Below, in pieces: positions 25,145 to 25,550 of a stretch of 25,550 nt of DNA. A program made the translations under genes and the position numbers. A model generated the notes under the pieces. That model did no database searches and was not told the DNA's origin. It saw only the letters and a program-made list of their open reading frames with translations. The stretch is taken from the NCBI GenBank assembly GCA_964426185.1, contig CAYRPF010000008.1, positions 1-25,550 on the forward strand, given 5' to 3'. Position 1 is the stretch's first letter, and every line of letters starts with the position of its first letter. This DNA comes from an uncultured archaeon. GTDB taxonomy: Archaea; Asgardarchaeota; Lokiarchaeia; Sigyniarchaeales; Promethearchaeaceae.

Positions 25145-25550
25145 GTGGAAAATGTAAAAACGGGAGAGAAATCGGCATATCGTCGCAATTTAAGGGCAGC
25201 AAATATGGAAGAAAGCCGACATCCAGAACAAGCAGTTAAATATCTTAAAAAATGCGTGGAAATATTGGAAAATGAGCCGAAACTCAGTCCATTCCAGCAA
25301 CGTGATTTTGATGTTCTTGTTCGGAGAATCATTCATATTGAAAATAGACTGAAAAAATCTCAACCATCAAAAATCTCGGTTCAGAAATCGACCCGAACAG
25401 CAAATACTCCAGAGAATGAAAATGGGACGGAGTTGGTTCAATCAGAAAATCTGCAACCGGACCAAGTTTTAGAGCAAACTCTGATTGAAGATAATCAATC
25501 GAATGACTCAATTTTAGAAACTAATTCAATTTCAGAATCAGCTTTCAACC
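25145..25550 (+). CDS. 3'-partial protein with MIT-like N-terminal helical bundle and acidic/Ser-rich linker
   Basis: Missing from the ORF track because it runs off the edge. Hand translation from GTG 25145 (GAGGGT upstream): MENVKTGEKSAYRRNLRAANMEESRHPEQAVKYLKKCVEILENEPKLSPFQQRDFDVLVRRIIHIENRLKKSQPSK...; open for 135 codons to the window end. Confidence 0.7.
   Translation, partial: MENVKTGEKSAYRRNLRAANMEESRHPEQAVKYLKKCVEILENEPKLSPFQQRDFDVLVRRIIHIENRLKKSQPSKISVQKSTRTANTPENENGTELVQSENLQPDQVLEQTLIEDNQSNDSILETNSISESAFN

Noticed and set aside
24900-25511. ORFs 24900..25157 (+), 25126..25332 (-) and 25329..25511 (-)
   Set aside because: The first spans the divergent promoter region and has no recognisable features; the other two are antisense to the more credible ORF starting at 25145.
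1-25550. CRISPR array, IS elements or rRNA
   Set aside because: No regularly spaced repeats, transposase motifs or rRNA-like sequence seen; the only repeats are two-copy local duplications.

Overview
AT-rich archaeal chromosomal window, almost certainly Asgard (Lokiarchaeia/Promethearchaeota-like). Supporting markers are a Rab-like small GTPase, longin-like domain proteins, a ribophorin I homologue, Sec61beta, S30e, an IPGY-TM-basic C-terminal sorting tail and an archaeal A1-U72 tRNA-Gln. The best candidate for an undescribed system is a tight minus-strand operon: GT2 glycosyltransferase with a Cys-rich tail, BshB1-like deacetylase, divergent Zn-ribbon BshC-like ligase, followed by an amidohydrolase. 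This is a bacillithiol-like pathway in which an inverting GT2 sits where the retaining GT4 BshA would be. Other notable items: a tRNA-Gln(UUG) with a D-loop (21/22) intron and C instead of U at position 33; a two-state hairpin element and a 32-aa ORF just upstream of that tRNA; a GC-rich, Walker-A-less RadA paralogue with a PIP-like tail and an upstream palindrome; ribophorin I head-to-head with Sec61beta; an elongated Trm112; an orphan type ISP-like MTase; a decayed GH13 amylase; and a K+-independent membrane pyrophosphatase. All family assignments are by motif recognition only; no database searches were run.
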